Source: Phreatobacter sp. (GTDB lineage Bacteria; Pseudomonadota; Alphaproteobacteria; Rhizobiales; Phreatobacteraceae). Taken from it: a stretch of 64,000 nucleotides of DNA. Below the pieces are notes generated by a model. That model saw nothing but the letters and a program-made list of their open reading frames with translations. It had not been told where the DNA came from and did not search any database. Location: the NCBI RefSeq assembly GCF_027532945.1, contig NZ_JAPZTZ010000030.1, positions 9,199 through 73,198 on the forward strand. Reading direction: 5' to 3'. The position numbers and the translations under genes were made by a program. This document shows positions 19,201 to 30,647 of the stretch, one piece after another; within the stretch, counting starts at the first letter, position 1; the number at the start of each line of letters is the position of its first letter.

Positions 19201-19887
19201 TTGGTCCGCTTCGAGAATGTCGGTCTGCGTTACGGGCTCGGGCCCGAGGTGCTGAGGGATCTGACCTTCGGCATCGAGCCGCATTCCTTCCAGTTCCTCA
19301 CCGGACCCTCGGGTGCCGGCAAGACCAGCCTCCTCAAGCTGCTCTTCCTGTCGCTGCGGCCGACGCGCGGCACGCTCACCGTCTTCGACCACGACACCTC
19401 CCACCTCACCAAGGACGAGCTCTCGGTGCTGCGCCGGCGCATCGGCATCGTCTTCCAGGACTTCCGCCTGCTCGACCACCTGACGACCTACGAGAATGTC
19501 GCGCTCCCCTTGCGCGTCCTCGGCAAGGAGGAGGCGAGCTACCGCTCCGAGGTGGTCGACCTGCTCGAATGGGTGGGCCTCGGCGAGCGCATCGACGCCT
19601 ATCCGCCGATCCTGTCGGGCGGCGAGAAGCAGCGCGCCGCCATTGCCCGCGCCGTCATCGTGCGGCCAGAAATGCTGCTGGCGGACGAGCCGACCGGCAA
19701 TGTCGATCCGCCGCTGGCCAAGCGCCTGCTGCGCCTCTTCGTCGAGCTGAACCGCACCGGCACCGCCGTGCTCATCGCCACCCACGACCTCTCCCTGCTC
19801 GACCAGGTGGAGGCGCGCCACATCTTCATCCGCGACGGCGGCCTCACCGTCACCGATCCGCATGTCAGCGAGGACGGCGGATGGTAA
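19201..19887 (+). CDS. ftsE: Cell division ATP-binding protein FtsE
   Basis: TTG start; GPSGAGKTS, IVFQDFRLL, LSGGEKQR, LLADEPTGNVD. Confidence 0.95.
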   Translation: MVRFENVGLRYGLGPEVLRDLTFGIEPHSFQFLTGPSGAGKTSLLKLLFLSLRPTRGTLTVFDHDTSHLTKDELSVLRRRIGIVFQDFRLLDHLTTYENVALPLRVLGKEEASYRSEVVDLLEWVGLGERIDAYPPILSGGEKQRAAIARAVIVRPEMLLADEPTGNVDPPLAKRLLRLFVELNRTGTAVLIATHDLSLLDQVEARHIFIRDGGLTVTDPHVSEDGGW

Positions 19888-20864
19888 CGGGAACGCGGCG
19901 CAGCGCCTCGCTGCAGCACTGGGTGGCGGCGCAGGGACGTGATGGCGCGGGCGAGCGGGCCGCACGCCCGGGGCGCGGCGCCTCGCTGGTGCCGCCCTCC
20001 TCCATCGCCGGACGGGCGCTGATGGTCATCATCGCGATCATGACGTTCCTCGGCTCGCTTACCGTCGGCGGGGTCGATCTTGTCCGCACGGCCGCCGCCG
20101 ACTGGACCTCCTCCATCGTCCGCGAGGCGACGATCCAGGTGCGCCCGGTGGCCGGCCGCGACGTGAATGCCGATGTCACCCGCGCCACCGAGATCGCCGT
20201 CCGCTTCCCCGGCGTTGCCGATGTCGCGCCCTACACGGCGGAGGAGACGCGGCGGATGCTCGAGCCCTGGCTCGGCACCGGCCTCGGCGCCGAGGACCTG
20301 CCCATCCCCCGCCTCATCGTGGTGAAGCTCGCCGACGATCGCCGCACCAACATGGAGGCCTTCCGCCGGGCGCTGGCGGAAGTGCCCACCGCGAGCCTCG
20401 ACGACCACCGCCAATGGTTCGACCGGCTGCGCGCCATGGCTCGCGCGGTGATCGTCGTCGGCCTCGTCATTGTCGCGCTGATGATCGCCGCCACCGGACT
20501 GTCGGTGGTCTTCGCCACCCGCGCCGCCGTCGAGACGAACCGGCCGGTGGTCGAGGTGCTGCATTTCGTCGGCGCCCGCGACGCCTTCATCGCCGGCGAG
20601 TTCCAGCGCCATTTCCTCTGGCTGGCGCTGAAGGGCTCGGTGGCCGGCGGCCTCGCGGCGCTCGGCGCCATCATGGCCTCGGGACTCATTGCGGCGCGCT
20701 GGCGCGCGACGGCCGGCGGCGACCAGATCGAGGCGCTGTTCGGGTCTTTCGCCCTGGGCGCGACGGGCTATGCGGGAATCGCCGTGCTGGTGGTGCTGGT
20801 GACGGCGGTCGCGGCGGTCACCTGCCGCTTCACCGTGATGCGGACGCTGGCGGCGATCGACTAA
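19881..20864 (+). CDS. ftsX: Cell division permease FtsX
   Basis: TM1, periplasmic loop, then three TM segments (VEVLHFVGARDAFIA); overlaps the ftsE stop. Confidence 0.9.
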   Translation: MVTGTRRSASLQHWVAAQGRDGAGERAARPGRGASLVPPSSIAGRALMVIIAIMTFLGSLTVGGVDLVRTAAADWTSSIVREATIQVRPVAGRDVNADVTRATEIAVRFPGVADVAPYTAEETRRMLEPWLGTGLGAEDLPIPRLIVVKLADDRRTNMEAFRRALAEVPTASLDDHRQWFDRLRAMARAVIVVGLVIVALMIAATGLSVVFATRAAVETNRPVVEVLHFVGARDAFIAGEFQRHFLWLALKGSVAGGLAALGAIMASGLIAARWRATAGGDQIEALFGSFALGATGYAGIAVLVVLVTAVAAVTCRFTVMRTLAAID

Positions 20865-20870
20865 GCGCCG

Positions 20871-21680
20871 TCACTCCAGCAGGCGCTGGTAGTTGATGCG
20901 GAAGAGGCGCTGATCCGGCCGGACGCGCGGATCGAGATTGTGCAGCGCCACCGAGGTCTCGTAGCCCTGCGCGTCATAGACCGTCCACTGGCGCAGCGTC
21001 AGGTCGGCGGCGTTGAACAGCACCATGAGCCGGTTGGTGCCGCCGAGGGCCTGCCGCTCCTCCAGCATGACGATGACATAGTCGGGATCGCGGGTGACCG
21101 AGGTGACATTGGCGTCGCGCAGGATGTCGATGCGGTCGGAGAGCAGGAAGCGCAGCGGCGTCTGCGACAGCGGGTAGATGTCCTGGGTGTTGAGCCGGCG
21201 ATCGCGCACCGCCACCGACTGTCCGTCGGCGACGACCTCGACCGGGTTCGGCGCGTCATACTGGAAGCGGATCTTGCCGGGCTTGTCGAGATAGAGCTTG
21301 CCGGTGGTGCGGCGGCCGTCCGGGCCGACCTGCACAAAGTCGCCCTGAAGGTAGCGGATGCCGTTGAAATAGGCGTTGACCTGCTGGGCGATGTCGCGGG
21401 AATCCGCGTCGACACCGCGGGCGGCACGCGGCGCGGCGCGGCGGATCGGCGGCGAGAGCGCCGAAGGGGCCGCAGCCGGCGCGGCCTGGGCCGGGGCGAC
21501 GGGCGCGCCCCGCGGCGGCGCAGCGCCGGGGGCCGGGCTCAGCTGCATCGGCGCCCCCTGCCCGAAGGCCGGCGCGGCGGCGACGACACCGACAAGGCCG
21601 AGCACCAGGCTCCGGCGGCTGACGGATCCGGTCTCGGCGGTCGGGGCGGCGGCTCGCGGCGTCAGGGTCATCGGGGTCAT
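20871..21680 (-). CDS. lolA: Outer-membrane lipoprotein carrier LolA
   Basis: LQGDFVQ, GKLYLDKPGKIRFQY, YPLSQTPLRFLL, LRQWTVYD; directly downstream of ftsK. Confidence 0.85.
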   Translation of the reverse strand: MTPMTLTPRAAAPTAETGSVSRRSLVLGLVGVVAAAPAFGQGAPMQLSPAPGAAPPRGAPVAPAQAAPAAAPSALSPPIRRAAPRAARGVDADSRDIAQQVNAYFNGIRYLQGDFVQVGPDGRRTTGKLYLDKPGKIRFQYDAPNPVEVVADGQSVAVRDRRLNTQDIYPLSQTPLRFLLSDRIDILRDANVTSVTRDPDYVIVMLEERQALGGTNRLMVLFNAADLTLRQWTVYDAQGYETSVALHNLDPRVRPDQRLFRINYQRLLE

Positions 21681-21732
21681 GGCGTGAGGGGAGATAGGGA
21701 GGCGTTGGGGCGATTTCGAGGCGGCAAGCCCG

Positions 21733-24432
21733 TCAATCCGCCGCCTCCGGGACCAGGATCTCGCGCTTGCCCGCATGGTTGGCAGGTCCCACGAGGCCCT
21801 CCCGTTCCATCCGCTCGATGAGCGAGGCAGCGCGGTTATAACCGATCTGCAGGCGCCGCTGGATATAGGAGGTCGAGGCCTTTTTGTCGCGCAGCACGAC
21901 CTGCACCGCCTTGTCGTAGAGGTCGGCCGGCTCCTCGCCGAAGGCGCCCTTGTCGAACACGGCGCCGTCGTCGCCATCGCCCTCCATACCCTCCTCGTCA
22001 TCCGTCGTGACGGCGTCGAGATAGTCGGGCGCGCCCTGCATCTTCAGGTGATTGACGATGCGCTCCACCTCCTCGTCCGAGACGAAGGGACCGTGGACGC
22101 GGCTGATGCGGCCGCCGCCGGCCATGTAGAGCATGTCGCCGCGGCCGAGCAGCTGCTCCGCGCCCTGCTCGCCGAGGATGGTGCGGCTGTCGATCTTCGA
22201 GGTCACCTGGAAGGAAATGCGGGTGGGGAAGTTCGCCTTGATCGTGCCGGTGATGACGTCGACCGAGGGGCGCTGCGTCGCCATGATGAGGTGGATGCCG
22301 GCGGCGCGGGCCATCTGCGCCAGGCGCTGGATGGCGCCCTCGATCTCCTTGCCGGCGACCATCATCAGGTCGGCCATCTCGTCGACGATGACGACGATGT
22401 AGGGGATCGGCTCGAGGCCCATTTCCTCCTGCTCGTAGATCGCCTCGCCGGTCTCGCGGTCAAAGCCGGTCTGCACCGTGCGGGTGAGCACCTCGCCCTT
22501 GGCCTTGGCCTGCAACATGCGGGCATTGAACCCGTCGATGTTGCGCACGCCGAGCTTCGACATCTTCTTGTAGCGCTCCTCCATCTCGCGCACCGCCCAT
22601 TTGAGGGCGACGACCGCCTTCTTGGGGTCGGTGACGACGGGAGTGAGGAGGTGCGGAATGCCGTCGTAGATCGACAGTTCCAGCATTTTCGGATCGACCA
22701 TGATGAGGCGGCACTGGTCCGGGCGAAGCCGGTAGAGCAGCGACAGGATCATGGTGTTGATGGCGACCGATTTGCCCGAGCCGGTGGTGCCGGCGACGAG
22801 CAGGTGGGGCATCTTGGCGAGGTCGGCGATGACCGGATCGCCGCCGATCGTCTTGCCGAGCGCGATCGGCAGCTTTTCCTTGGCGGTGATGAAGTCCTGG
22901 CTCGCCAGCATCTCGCGCAGCAGCACGTTCTCGCGCTTGGCGTTGGGCAGCTCGATACCGATGGCGTTGCGGCCGGCGACGAGGGCGACGCGTGCCGAGA
23001 TGGCCGACATCGAGCGGGCGATATCGTCGGCGAGGCCGATGACGCGGTTGGAGCGCGTGCCGGGCGCAGGCTCCAGCTCGTAGAGAGTCACCACCGGGCC
23101 TGGGCGGACATTGATGATCTCGCCGCGCACGCCGAAATCGTCGAGCGTGGAGGCCAGCGTCGCGGCATTGTCCTGCAGCACCTCCATCGACATGGACGGG
23201 TCGCGCTCCGAGGGCTTCGGTTCGGCGAGAAGGTCGAGCGGCGGCATCTCGTAGGTATCACCGACACCATCGGGCGGCGGCAGCGGCAGGGCCTGCTGGA
23301 TCGGCACGGTGCGGGGAGCCGGCGGCGGGGCGTGGATGCGCGGGCCGGCAGTGGCCGTTCGCGGGGAGACCTGCGAGGGCAGCGGCGCCTCATCCTCGGG
23401 CTCATGGGCGGGTGCGATGCGCGGCGCCGGAACCTCGCGCGGCGGCCCGTCGCTAGCGTTGTCAGGGGCCCGCGGCCGCGAAGGCGGCGCGTGGAAGGTG
23501 CGCGGCTGGCGCTCGGCGGGCTCATCGAGAACCGGCTCGCGGCGCACACCGGAGGTGGGCCGGGCGGCCGGCAGCCCGTCATCGTCGGGCTCCTGGAAGA
23601 AGGCCTTGGCACGGGAGGTGAGGCCGGGGCCGGAGGGACGGGCCTGCGCCTCGGCCGGGCGACCGGCGGCCGCGCGCGCGGTGGCCGGGGCCTCGGCCAC
23701 CATGCGGGCGACCCGCGCCCGCGCCGACAGCATGCCGTGGGTGACGGCGCCGGCAACGTTGGAGACCATGCCGCCGACGAGGCCGGGCTCGCGGTCGTCG
23801 TCCGCCGGACGCCGGGCCTTGGGCGCGACGCGATCGAGTTCTTCCTCGAGCGTCTCCGGCTCGGGGCGGAAGAGCCAGCCGATGGCGGCGGCAAACAGGA
23901 AGAGGCCGATGGCGGCCACGGCGAGCAGCGCGACGATGCGCGACAGGCCGGTGAGGCGGCCGGCGAGGGCCGAGAGGACGGTGACGCCGCCGTCGCCGAT
24001 GACGCCGCCGATCCCTGTCGGCAGCGGCCATCCGGCCGGCGCCGGGGAGAGCGAGGCGGCAACCGCCACCATCATCGCCGCGCCGATGCCAAGCGGCACG
24101 CGCAGGCCCTCGCGGTCGAAAGGACGGGCGCGCAGCATCAGCCAGCCCCAGACCGCCGCCACGGCGAGGAGGGCAACGGCGGCAAGGCCGAACAGCTGCA
24201 TGAGCAGGTCGGCGAGGATGGCGCCAGGCTTGCCGATCCAGTTCTTCACCGGGGCATTGGTGGCGTGGCTGAGCGAGGGATCGCCCGCCGTCCAGGTGAG
24301 CATGGCCACCGCGGCGATGACGACGCCGGCGAGGATGCCGAGACCGGCGAGACGGCGCAGTTGCCGCCGCATGGCGCCACCCAGTCCATCGGGGACCAGC
24401 GAAGGTCCGGTGTGCCGGCGCGCCACTGCCAT
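21733..24432 (-). CDS. ftsK: DNA translocase FtsK
   Basis: N-terminal TM domain, Pro-rich linker, GTTGSGKS Walker A, DEMADLM Walker B, gamma domain ([17 protein letters not shown]). Confidence 0.97.
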   Translation of the reverse strand: MAVARRHTGPSLVPDGLGGAMRRQLRRLAGLGILAGVVIAAVAMLTWTAGDPSLSHATNAPVKNWIGKPGAILADLLMQLFGLAAVALLAVAAVWGWLMLRARPFDREGLRVPLGIGAAMMVAVAASLSPAPAGWPLPTGIGGVIGDGGVTVLSALAGRLTGLSRIVALLAVAAIGLFLFAAAIGWLFRPEPETLEEELDRVAPKARRPADDDREPGLVGGMVSNVAGAVTHGMLSARARVARMVAEAPATARAAAGRPAEAQARPSGPGLTSRAKAFFQEPDDDGLPAARPTSGVRREPVLDEPAERQPRTFHAPPSRPRAPDNASDGPPREVPAPRIAPAHEPEDEAPLPSQVSPRTATAGPRIHAPPPAPRTVPIQQALPLPPPDGVGDTYEMPPLDLLAEPKPSERDPSMSMEVLQDNAATLASTLDDFGVRGEIINVRPGPVVTLYELEPAPGTRSNRVIGLADDIARSMSAISARVALVAGRNAIGIELPNAKRENVLLREMLASQDFITAKEKLPIALGKTIGGDPVIADLAKMPHLLVAGTTGSGKSVAINTMILSLLYRLRPDQCRLIMVDPKMLELSIYDGIPHLLTPVVTDPKKAVVALKWAVREMEERYKKMSKLGVRNIDGFNARMLQAKAKGEVLTRTVQTGFDRETGEAIYEQEEMGLEPIPYIVVIVDEMADLMMVAGKEIEGAIQRLAQMARAAGIHLIMATQRPSVDVITGTIKANFPTRISFQVTSKIDSRTILGEQGAEQLLGRGDMLYMAGGGRISRVHGPFVSDEEVERIVNHLKMQGAPDYLDAVTTDDEEGMEGDGDDGAVFDKGAFGEEPADLYDKAVQVVLRDKKASTSYIQRRLQIGYNRAASLIERMEREGLVGPANHAGKREILVPEAAD

Positions 24433-24531
24433 CGTCGTCCAATCCCATGCGAGGGAGGACCGCAGCGGCGCGAAAAGGCAGCGCCGCCGGCGGACCGTCC
24501 GGTTCGGTCGCTCACCCTAGCGAGGCAACGG

Positions 24532-24550
24532 TTGACGGCCGATTAACCAT
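24532..24550 (-). promoter_or_regulatory. CtrA box upstream of ftsK
   Basis: Minus strand reads TTAA-TCGGCCG-TCAAC; the plus strand contains TTAACCAT; GCTAGG -10-like element 10 nt downstream. Confidence 0.7.
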
Positions 24551-24599
24551 CGACGGCCGGCACAATGACAGGCGGGGTGGCCCGGGATCACCCCGATCC

Positions 24600-24632
24600 A
24601 AAGAAAAGACCCCCGGCACGGTGTGCCGGGGG
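24600..24632 (-). terminator. Intrinsic terminator after amtB
   Basis: 10-bp stem CCCCCGGCAC / GTGCCGGGGG followed on the minus strand by TCTTTTCTTT. Confidence 0.8.
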
Positions 24633-24660
24633 CCAGGATGGCCTTGGGAGGAAGGCCGGA

Positions 24661-26163
24661 TCAGAGGTTGTAGGCGCGCTCGCCGTGCTCGGCGAGGTCG
24701 AGACCCTCGCGCTCGCGATCAGCCGTCACCCGGAGACCGACGACGACGTCGACGATCTTGAAGAGGATGAAGGAGCCGATGCCGGAGAAGGCCAGGGTGA
24801 AGAGCACCGCCTTGGCCTGCGCCCAGAGCGCCGGGATGAACTCGTAGGCACCCGCCACCAGTTCGCCGGGCTTGGTCTCGTAGTCGGGGATGCCGGCGCC
24901 GCCGAGGGCGACATTGACCACGATGCCGGTGCCGAGGGCACCGATGATGCCGCCGACGCAGTGGATGCCGAAGACGTCCAGCGTGTCGTCGTAGCCAAAG
25001 GCGTTCTTCACCGTCGAGCAGAAGATGAAGCAGACGCCACCCGACACGAGGCCGAGGATGATGGCGCCCATCGGACCGGCAAAGCCGGCCGCGGGCGTCA
25101 CGGCGACGAGGCCGGCCACCGCACCCGAGGCGGCACCGAGGAGCGACGGCTTGCCCTTGGCGGCCCATTCGACGAAGAGCCAGGCGAGCGTCGCGGCGCC
25201 GGTGGCCACGAAGGTGTTGATGGCAGCCAGGGCGGCGGTGCCGTTGGCCTCGAGGTTGGAGCCGGCATTGAAGCCGAACCAGCCCACCCAGAGGAGCGCG
25301 GCGCCGATCAGCGTCATGACCAGCGAGTGGGGAGGCATCAGCTCCTTGCCGTAGCCGATGCGCTTGCCGATGACGAGGCAGCCCACCAGACCGGCGATAC
25401 CGGCACTGATGTGGACGACCGTGCCGCCGGCGAAGTCGAGAGCACCCCACTGGAAGAGCAGGCCCGCATCAGCCTTGACCTCGGCGAGCTTCGCCTCGGC
25501 AGCGGCCTTGGCGGCAGCGTCGGAACCAGCGGCGGCGACGGCCTTGGCGGCGTCGGCGATGGCGTCGGGGCCGGCCCAGTACCAGACCATGTGGGCCATC
25601 GGGAAGTAGATGAAGGTGACCCAGAGGACGACGAAGAGCAGCAGCGCCGAGAACTTCACGCGCTCGGCGAAGGCGCCGACGATGAGGGCGGGCGTGATGC
25701 AGGCGAAGGTCATCTGGAAGATGATGTAGGCATATTCCGGAATGACGACGCCGTTGGAGAAGGTCGCGGCCGTCTTGGTCGGATCGACATTCATCAGGAA
25801 GGCCTTGGAGAAGCCGCCGGTGAAAGCGTTGAGGCCACCGCCCGAGGTGAAGGACAGCGAGTAGCCGTAGATCACGTAGATGATCGACACGACGGCGACG
25901 ATCACGAAGACCTGGGTCAGCACCGACAGCATGTTCTTGGTGCGCACCAGGCCGCCATAGAACAGGGCGAGACCCGGAATGGTCATCAGCAGCACGAGAT
26001 AGGCCGAGATGAGCACGAAGGCCGTGTCACCGGCATTCGGCTTCGGGGCGGCGGGGGCGGCCGCAGCGGGCGCCTGGGCGAGAGCGGGGTCGATGACCGC
26101 CGCAGCGAGGCCCGCGAGCGCGAGTGCGCCCAAACCCCACCTGTAAAGGCTCGATCTCATCAT
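24661..26163 (-). CDS. amtB: Ammonium transporter AmtB
   Basis: ALFYGGLVR, YFPMAHMVW, DFAGGTVVH, WFGFNAGS, DDTLDVFGIH. Start refined to 26163 (GGAG RBS). Confidence 0.96.
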   Translation of the reverse strand: MMRSSLYRWGLGALALAGLAAAVIDPALAQAPAAAAPAAPKPNAGDTAFVLISAYLVLLMTIPGLALFYGGLVRTKNMLSVLTQVFVIVAVVSIIYVIYGYSLSFTSGGGLNAFTGGFSKAFLMNVDPTKTAATFSNGVVIPEYAYIIFQMTFACITPALIVGAFAERVKFSALLLFVVLWVTFIYFPMAHMVWYWAGPDAIADAAKAVAAAGSDAAAKAAAEAKLAEVKADAGLLFQWGALDFAGGTVVHISAGIAGLVGCLVIGKRIGYGKELMPPHSLVMTLIGAALLWVGWFGFNAGSNLEANGTAALAAINTFVATGAATLAWLFVEWAAKGKPSLLGAASGAVAGLVAVTPAAGFAGPMGAIILGLVSGGVCFIFCSTVKNAFGYDDTLDVFGIHCVGGIIGALGTGIVVNVALGGAGIPDYETKPGELVAGAYEFIPALWAQAKAVLFTLAFSGIGSFILFKIVDVVVGLRVTADREREGLDLAEHGERAYNL

Positions 26164-26207
26164 GTGGAAAGTCTCCAGAGGAATGTCTGTGGTCGGTGAG
26201 GGGCGCG

Positions 26208-26707
<500 letters not shown>

Positions 26708-26811
26708 AGACATATCAGGGCGCGAGCAACACAGGCTCGGAAGGCCACCTGATGAAAAACAGGGCAACGAATCTGCGCCGCCTTGGATCGGCCGCGTTTC
26801 GCCCGCAGATT

Positions 26812-26828
26812 TGCACAAAATCAAGGCA
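26812..26828. promoter_or_regulatory. Putative NtrC site upstream of glnK
   Basis: TGCAC-AAAATCA-AGGCA versus TGCAC-N7-GTGCA, about 150 bp upstream of the sigma54 promoter. Confidence 0.55.
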
Positions 26829-26834
26829 GATCAG

Positions 26835-27707
26835 TCAGCGCCGCTTCTCGCGCAGCAGGCCTTCCTGGGCCACCGAGGCCACAAGCACGCCCTGGCGCGT
26901 GTAGATCGAGCCGCGGGTGAACCCCCGCGAGTTCTGCCCCGAGGGCGAATCGTGGGCATAGAGCAGCCAATCGTCGGCGCGGAACGGCCGGTGGAACCAC
27001 ATGGCGTGGTCGAGGCTCGCCGCCTGCACCGACTGGTCGAAGAACGAGCGACCGTGGGGCACGTTGGCTGCGTCCAGCAGGGTCATGTCCGAGGCATAGG
27101 CAAGCACGCACTGGTGCACGACCGGATCGTCCGGCAGCGGCGCGGTGGTGCGGATCCAGACGTGGAACTTGCCCTCGGCCTGGGCCTCGCCCGTATAGCG
27201 GCCGAACTCGACCGGGCGGATCTCGATGGGCCGCTCGCGGGCGAAATAGGCCTTCATCGCGTCGGACATGTGGGCGTGGAAGAGCTGGCGCACGTCGGCT
27301 TCCGACTTCAGCTCCTCCGGCGGCGGCACGTCCGGCATGGCGAACTGGTGCTCCTCGCCCTCCTCCTCGACATGGAAGGACGCCGACAGGGAGAAGATCG
27401 CCGCTCCGTGCTGGATGGCGCGCACGCGCCGGGTCGAGAAGGAGCGCCCGTCGCGCACCCGCTCCACCTCGTAGATGATCGGATGTTTCGGATCGCCCGG
27501 CAGCACGAAATAGCCGTGGAGCGAATGCGGACGGCGACCCTCCACCGTGCGGCAGGCGGCCACCAACGCCTGGCCGATGACTTGGCCGCCGAAGACGCGC
27601 TGCCAGCCGTCCTGCGGGCTCTTGCCGCGGAACAGGTTCACCTCGAGCCGCTCCAGGTCGAGGATCGACAGGAGATTGGCGACGGCGGAGGCGGGTGGGG
27701 CGGACAT
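26835..27707 (-). CDS. tesB: Acyl-CoA thioesterase II
   Basis: FGGQVIGQAL, HSLHGYF, VRDGRSFSTR, LAYASDMTLL, ASLDHAMWFHRPF, VASVAQEGL. Confidence 0.95.
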   Translation of the reverse strand: MSAPPASAVANLLSILDLERLEVNLFRGKSPQDGWQRVFGGQVIGQALVAACRTVEGRRPHSLHGYFVLPGDPKHPIIYEVERVRDGRSFSTRRVRAIQHGAAIFSLSASFHVEEEGEEHQFAMPDVPPPEELKSEADVRQLFHAHMSDAMKAYFARERPIEIRPVEFGRYTGEAQAEGKFHVWIRTTAPLPDDPVVHQCVLAYASDMTLLDAANVPHGRSFFDQSVQAASLDHAMWFHRPFRADDWLLYAHDSPSGQNSRGFTRGSIYTRQGVLVASVAQEGLLREKRR

Positions 27708-27808
27708 GGTCGGGCTCGTGTGCGGCAGAGGGGATCGTCCGCCACAAACCACCCGTTGCGGCGGCGGGTCAAGGCGCGCCGGGGGATGCAGCCCTTGCGC
27801 CGCCCGCT

Positions 27809-28600
27809 TCAGCCCCGCGCCGCGCCGCGCTTGGTGGCGAGCGAGGCCGCGATGACCAGCACCGTCACGGCGGCGATCATCAGCGTCGAGATGGCGTTGA
27901 TCTCGGGCGTCACGCCGAGCCGCACCTGGCTGTAGACGCGCATGGGCAGCGTGGTTGCGCCCGGCCCAGTGGTGAAGCTCGCGATGACGAGGTCGTCGAG
28001 CGACAGGGTGAAGGCGAGAAGGAAGCCGGCGATCACCGCGGGCGCGATGATCGGCAGGGTCACGTGGGTGAAAACCTGCCAGGGCTTCGCGCCAAGATCC
28101 GCCGCCGCCTCCTCCAGCGAGCGGTCGAAGGTGACGAGCCGCGACTGCACCACCACCGCGACGAAGCCGCAGGTGAAGGTCGCGTGAGCCACCGTCACGG
28201 TCCAGAAACCGCGCTCGAGGCCAAGCGACACGAAGAGCAGCAGCAGCGAAAGGCCGGTGATGACCTCCGGCATGACGATCGGCGCATAGACGAGACCGGA
28301 GAACAGCGTGCGGCCGCGGAAGCGGGCGTAGCGGGTCAGGGCGAGAGCCGCGAGCGTGCCGATCACCGTGGCGAGGAGGGCCGAGAGGGTCGCCACCTTC
28401 AGCGTCATCCAGGCAGCATCCATGAGCTGGCGGTTCTGCCAGAGGCCCGCATACCAGCGCGTCGAGAAGCCGCCCCAGACCGTGACGAGCTGGCTCGCAT
28501 TGAAGGAGAAGATCACCAGGATGACGATGGGCAGGTAGAGGAAGGCGAAGCCGAGGGTCAGCGCCGTGGCGTCGAGGTAGCGGGAGCGCGGGCTCATCAT
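27809..28600 (-). CDS. potI: Polyamine ABC transporter permease (PotI/PotC)
   Basis: FLYLPIVILVIFSFN, EAA loop SLEEAAADLGA, LPMRVYSQVRLGVTPEINA. Confidence 0.8.
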   Translation of the reverse strand: MMSPRSRYLDATALTLGFAFLYLPIVILVIFSFNASQLVTVWGGFSTRWYAGLWQNRQLMDAAWMTLKVATLSALLATVIGTLAALALTRYARFRGRTLFSGLVYAPIVMPEVITGLSLLLLFVSLGLERGFWTVTVAHATFTCGFVAVVVQSRLVTFDRSLEEAAADLGAKPWQVFTHVTLPIIAPAVIAGFLLAFTLSLDDLVIASFTTGPGATTLPMRVYSQVRLGVTPEINAISTLMIAAVTVLVIAASLATKRGAARG

Positions 28601-29484
28601 CGCCCCGCCTCCAGCTGGCGACCCTGATGGCGCTGGTAGACCATGATCGGCCCGACCAGGATCACCAAGAGCACCACGGCTACCGCCGAGGCCACCGGCC
28701 AGTCGCGGTTCGAGAAGAACTCGGTCCACAGCGTCTTGCCGATCATCAACGTGTCGGAGCCGCCGAGCAGGTCCGGGATCACCACCTCGCCGGTGATCGG
28801 GATGAAGCAGAGGAAGCAGCCGGCGACGATGCCTGGCAAGGACAGCGGCACGGTGATGCGCCAGAAGGCGAGCCAGGGCGGACATCCCAGGTCTGCCGCG
28901 GCCTCCAGCAGCGTGCGGTCCATGCGTTCCAGCGCCGCATAGAGCGGCAGCACCATGAAGGGCAGGTAGGAATAGACGACGCCGATGATCACGGCGGTCT
29001 CGGTATTGGCGATGGCGAGCGGCGCGCCGATCAGCAGCTCATTGAGCAGGCCCTCGGGCTTGAGGATGCCGATCCAGGCATAGACGCGGATGAGGAAGCT
29101 CGTCCAGAACGGCAGGATCACCGCCATGACCAGGACCGCCCGCCAGCGCTCAGGCGCGCGTGCCATGGCATGGGCCATGGGATAGCCGATGAGGAGGAGG
29201 ATCGCCGTGCCGATCAGCGCGATGCGGAGCGAGGAGAGGAAGGCGTCGATATAGAGCCGGTCGCCGGCGAGCACGGCGTAATTGTCGAGCGAGAGCTCGC
29301 GCGCCTTGGCGAGCCAGACGGCCGGACCGTCCTCCAGCCCGAAGACCGGCGTGTAGGGCGGAATGGCCGTCGCCACCTGCGACAGCGACATCTTCGCCAC
29401 GATGGCGAAGGGCACGAGGAAGAACAATGCGAGCCACAGATAGGGCACGAGGATGATGGTGCGACGGGTGGCGCGCTCGCTCAT
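28597..29484 (-). CDS. potH: Polyamine ABC transporter permease (PotH/PotB)
   Basis: LPFWTSFLIRVYAW, YLPFMVLPLYAALE, LLEAAADLG, NRDWPVASAVA. Confidence 0.8.
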   Translation of the reverse strand: MSERATRRTIILVPYLWLALFFLVPFAIVAKMSLSQVATAIPPYTPVFGLEDGPAVWLAKARELSLDNYAVLAGDRLYIDAFLSSLRIALIGTAILLLIGYPMAHAMARAPERWRAVLVMAVILPFWTSFLIRVYAWIGILKPEGLLNELLIGAPLAIANTETAVIIGVVYSYLPFMVLPLYAALERMDRTLLEAAADLGCPPWLAFWRITVPLSLPGIVAGCFLCFIPITGEVVIPDLLGGSDTLMIGKTLWTEFFSNRDWPVASAVAVVLLVILVGPIMVYQRHQGRQLEAGR

Positions 29485-29487
29485 GGC

Positions 29488-30639
29488 CTACCGCACCAAG
29501 AGAATGAGCGCCTCGGGCGCCACCGCAAGCCTCACCGGATCGCCCCAGTCGACCGCATCCTCCGCACGGCGGACGGCATTGGCCAACGCCGCCTTCAGCC
29601 GGAGGCCGCCGATATCGACATGGTAGGTCGACCAGTCGCCGAGATAGCCGATATCGGCGATCGTGCCGGTGAGCATCACGGAACCGGCCGGCCCGGTTTC
29701 GCCGGCGCGCACAAGCCGCGTCTTCTCCGGCCGCCAGGCCACCGCCACCGCCTGGCCGACCGACACCGGCTCACTGGCCTCTGCGACAACCATATCGCCC
29801 AGCGCCGTCATCACGCTCACGCGGCTCCCCTCGGCACCCGTGACCTTCCCCTCGACGAGGTTGATGTCGCCGATGAAGTCCGCGACATAACGCGTCGTCG
29901 GCGCCTCGTAGATGGCGCGCGGCGTGCCGATCTGCGCCAGCCGGCCCTTGTCCATGACGGCGATGCGCGTCGCCATGGTCATGGCCTCGTCCTGATCATG
30001 GGTGACGATGATGAAGGTGAGGCCGAGCCGTTCTTGCAGTGCCATCAGCTCGAACTGGGTCTCCTCACGCAGCTTGCGGTCAAGCGCGCCGAGCGGCTCG
30101 TCGAGCAGCAGCACCTTCGGCCGCTTCACCAGGGCGCGGGCGAGCGCCACCCGCTGCCGCTGTCCGCCGGAGAGCTGGTGCGGCTTGCGGCCTGCGAGAC
30201 CGTCGAGCTTCACCATGCGCAGCGCCTCGCCGACGCGGGCGCCGATCTCGTCCCGCGGCCGTCCCTCCATGGCGAGGCCGAAGGCGATGTTTGTCTCGAC
30301 GCTCATATGCGGGAAGAGCGCGTAGGACTGGAACATCATGTTGACGGGGCGCAGATGCGGCGGCACTCCCGCAAGATCCTCGCCGGCGAGCAGCACACGC
30401 CCCTCGCTCGGGCTCTCGAAGCCGGCGAGCATCCGCATCAGCGTGGACTTGCCGCAGCCCGACGGCCCGAGCAGCGCGAAGAACTCGCGCTCATAGACGG
30501 CGAGCGACAGGTCTACGACCGCGGTCTCCGCGCCGAAGCGCTTGGTCACGCCATCATAGACGACGAGGGGCCTCGCGGCCGGATCGTCCCAGGGGGCGAA
30601 GGCCGCGCGGTGCGCAGCCGGTCGTTCGGGAGGCTCCAT
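29488..30639 (-). CDS. potG: Polyamine ABC transporter ATPase (PotG/PotA)
   Basis: GPSGCGKS, FQSYALFPHM, LSGGQRQR, LLDEPLGALD, C-terminal TOBE-like region. Confidence 0.82.
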   Translation of the reverse strand: MEPPERPAAHRAAFAPWDDPAARPLVVYDGVTKRFGAETAVVDLSLAVYEREFFALLGPSGCGKSTLMRMLAGFESPSEGRVLLAGEDLAGVPPHLRPVNMMFQSYALFPHMSVETNIAFGLAMEGRPRDEIGARVGEALRMVKLDGLAGRKPHQLSGGQRQRVALARALVKRPKVLLLDEPLGALDRKLREETQFELMALQERLGLTFIIVTHDQDEAMTMATRIAVMDKGRLAQIGTPRAIYEAPTTRYVADFIGDINLVEGKVTGAEGSRVSVMTALGDMVVAEASEPVSVGQAVAVAWRPEKTRLVRAGETGPAGSVMLTGTIADIGYLGDWSTYHVDIGGLRLKAALANAVRRAEDAVDWGDPVRLAVAPEALILLVR

Positions 30640-30647
30640 GACGGGCC

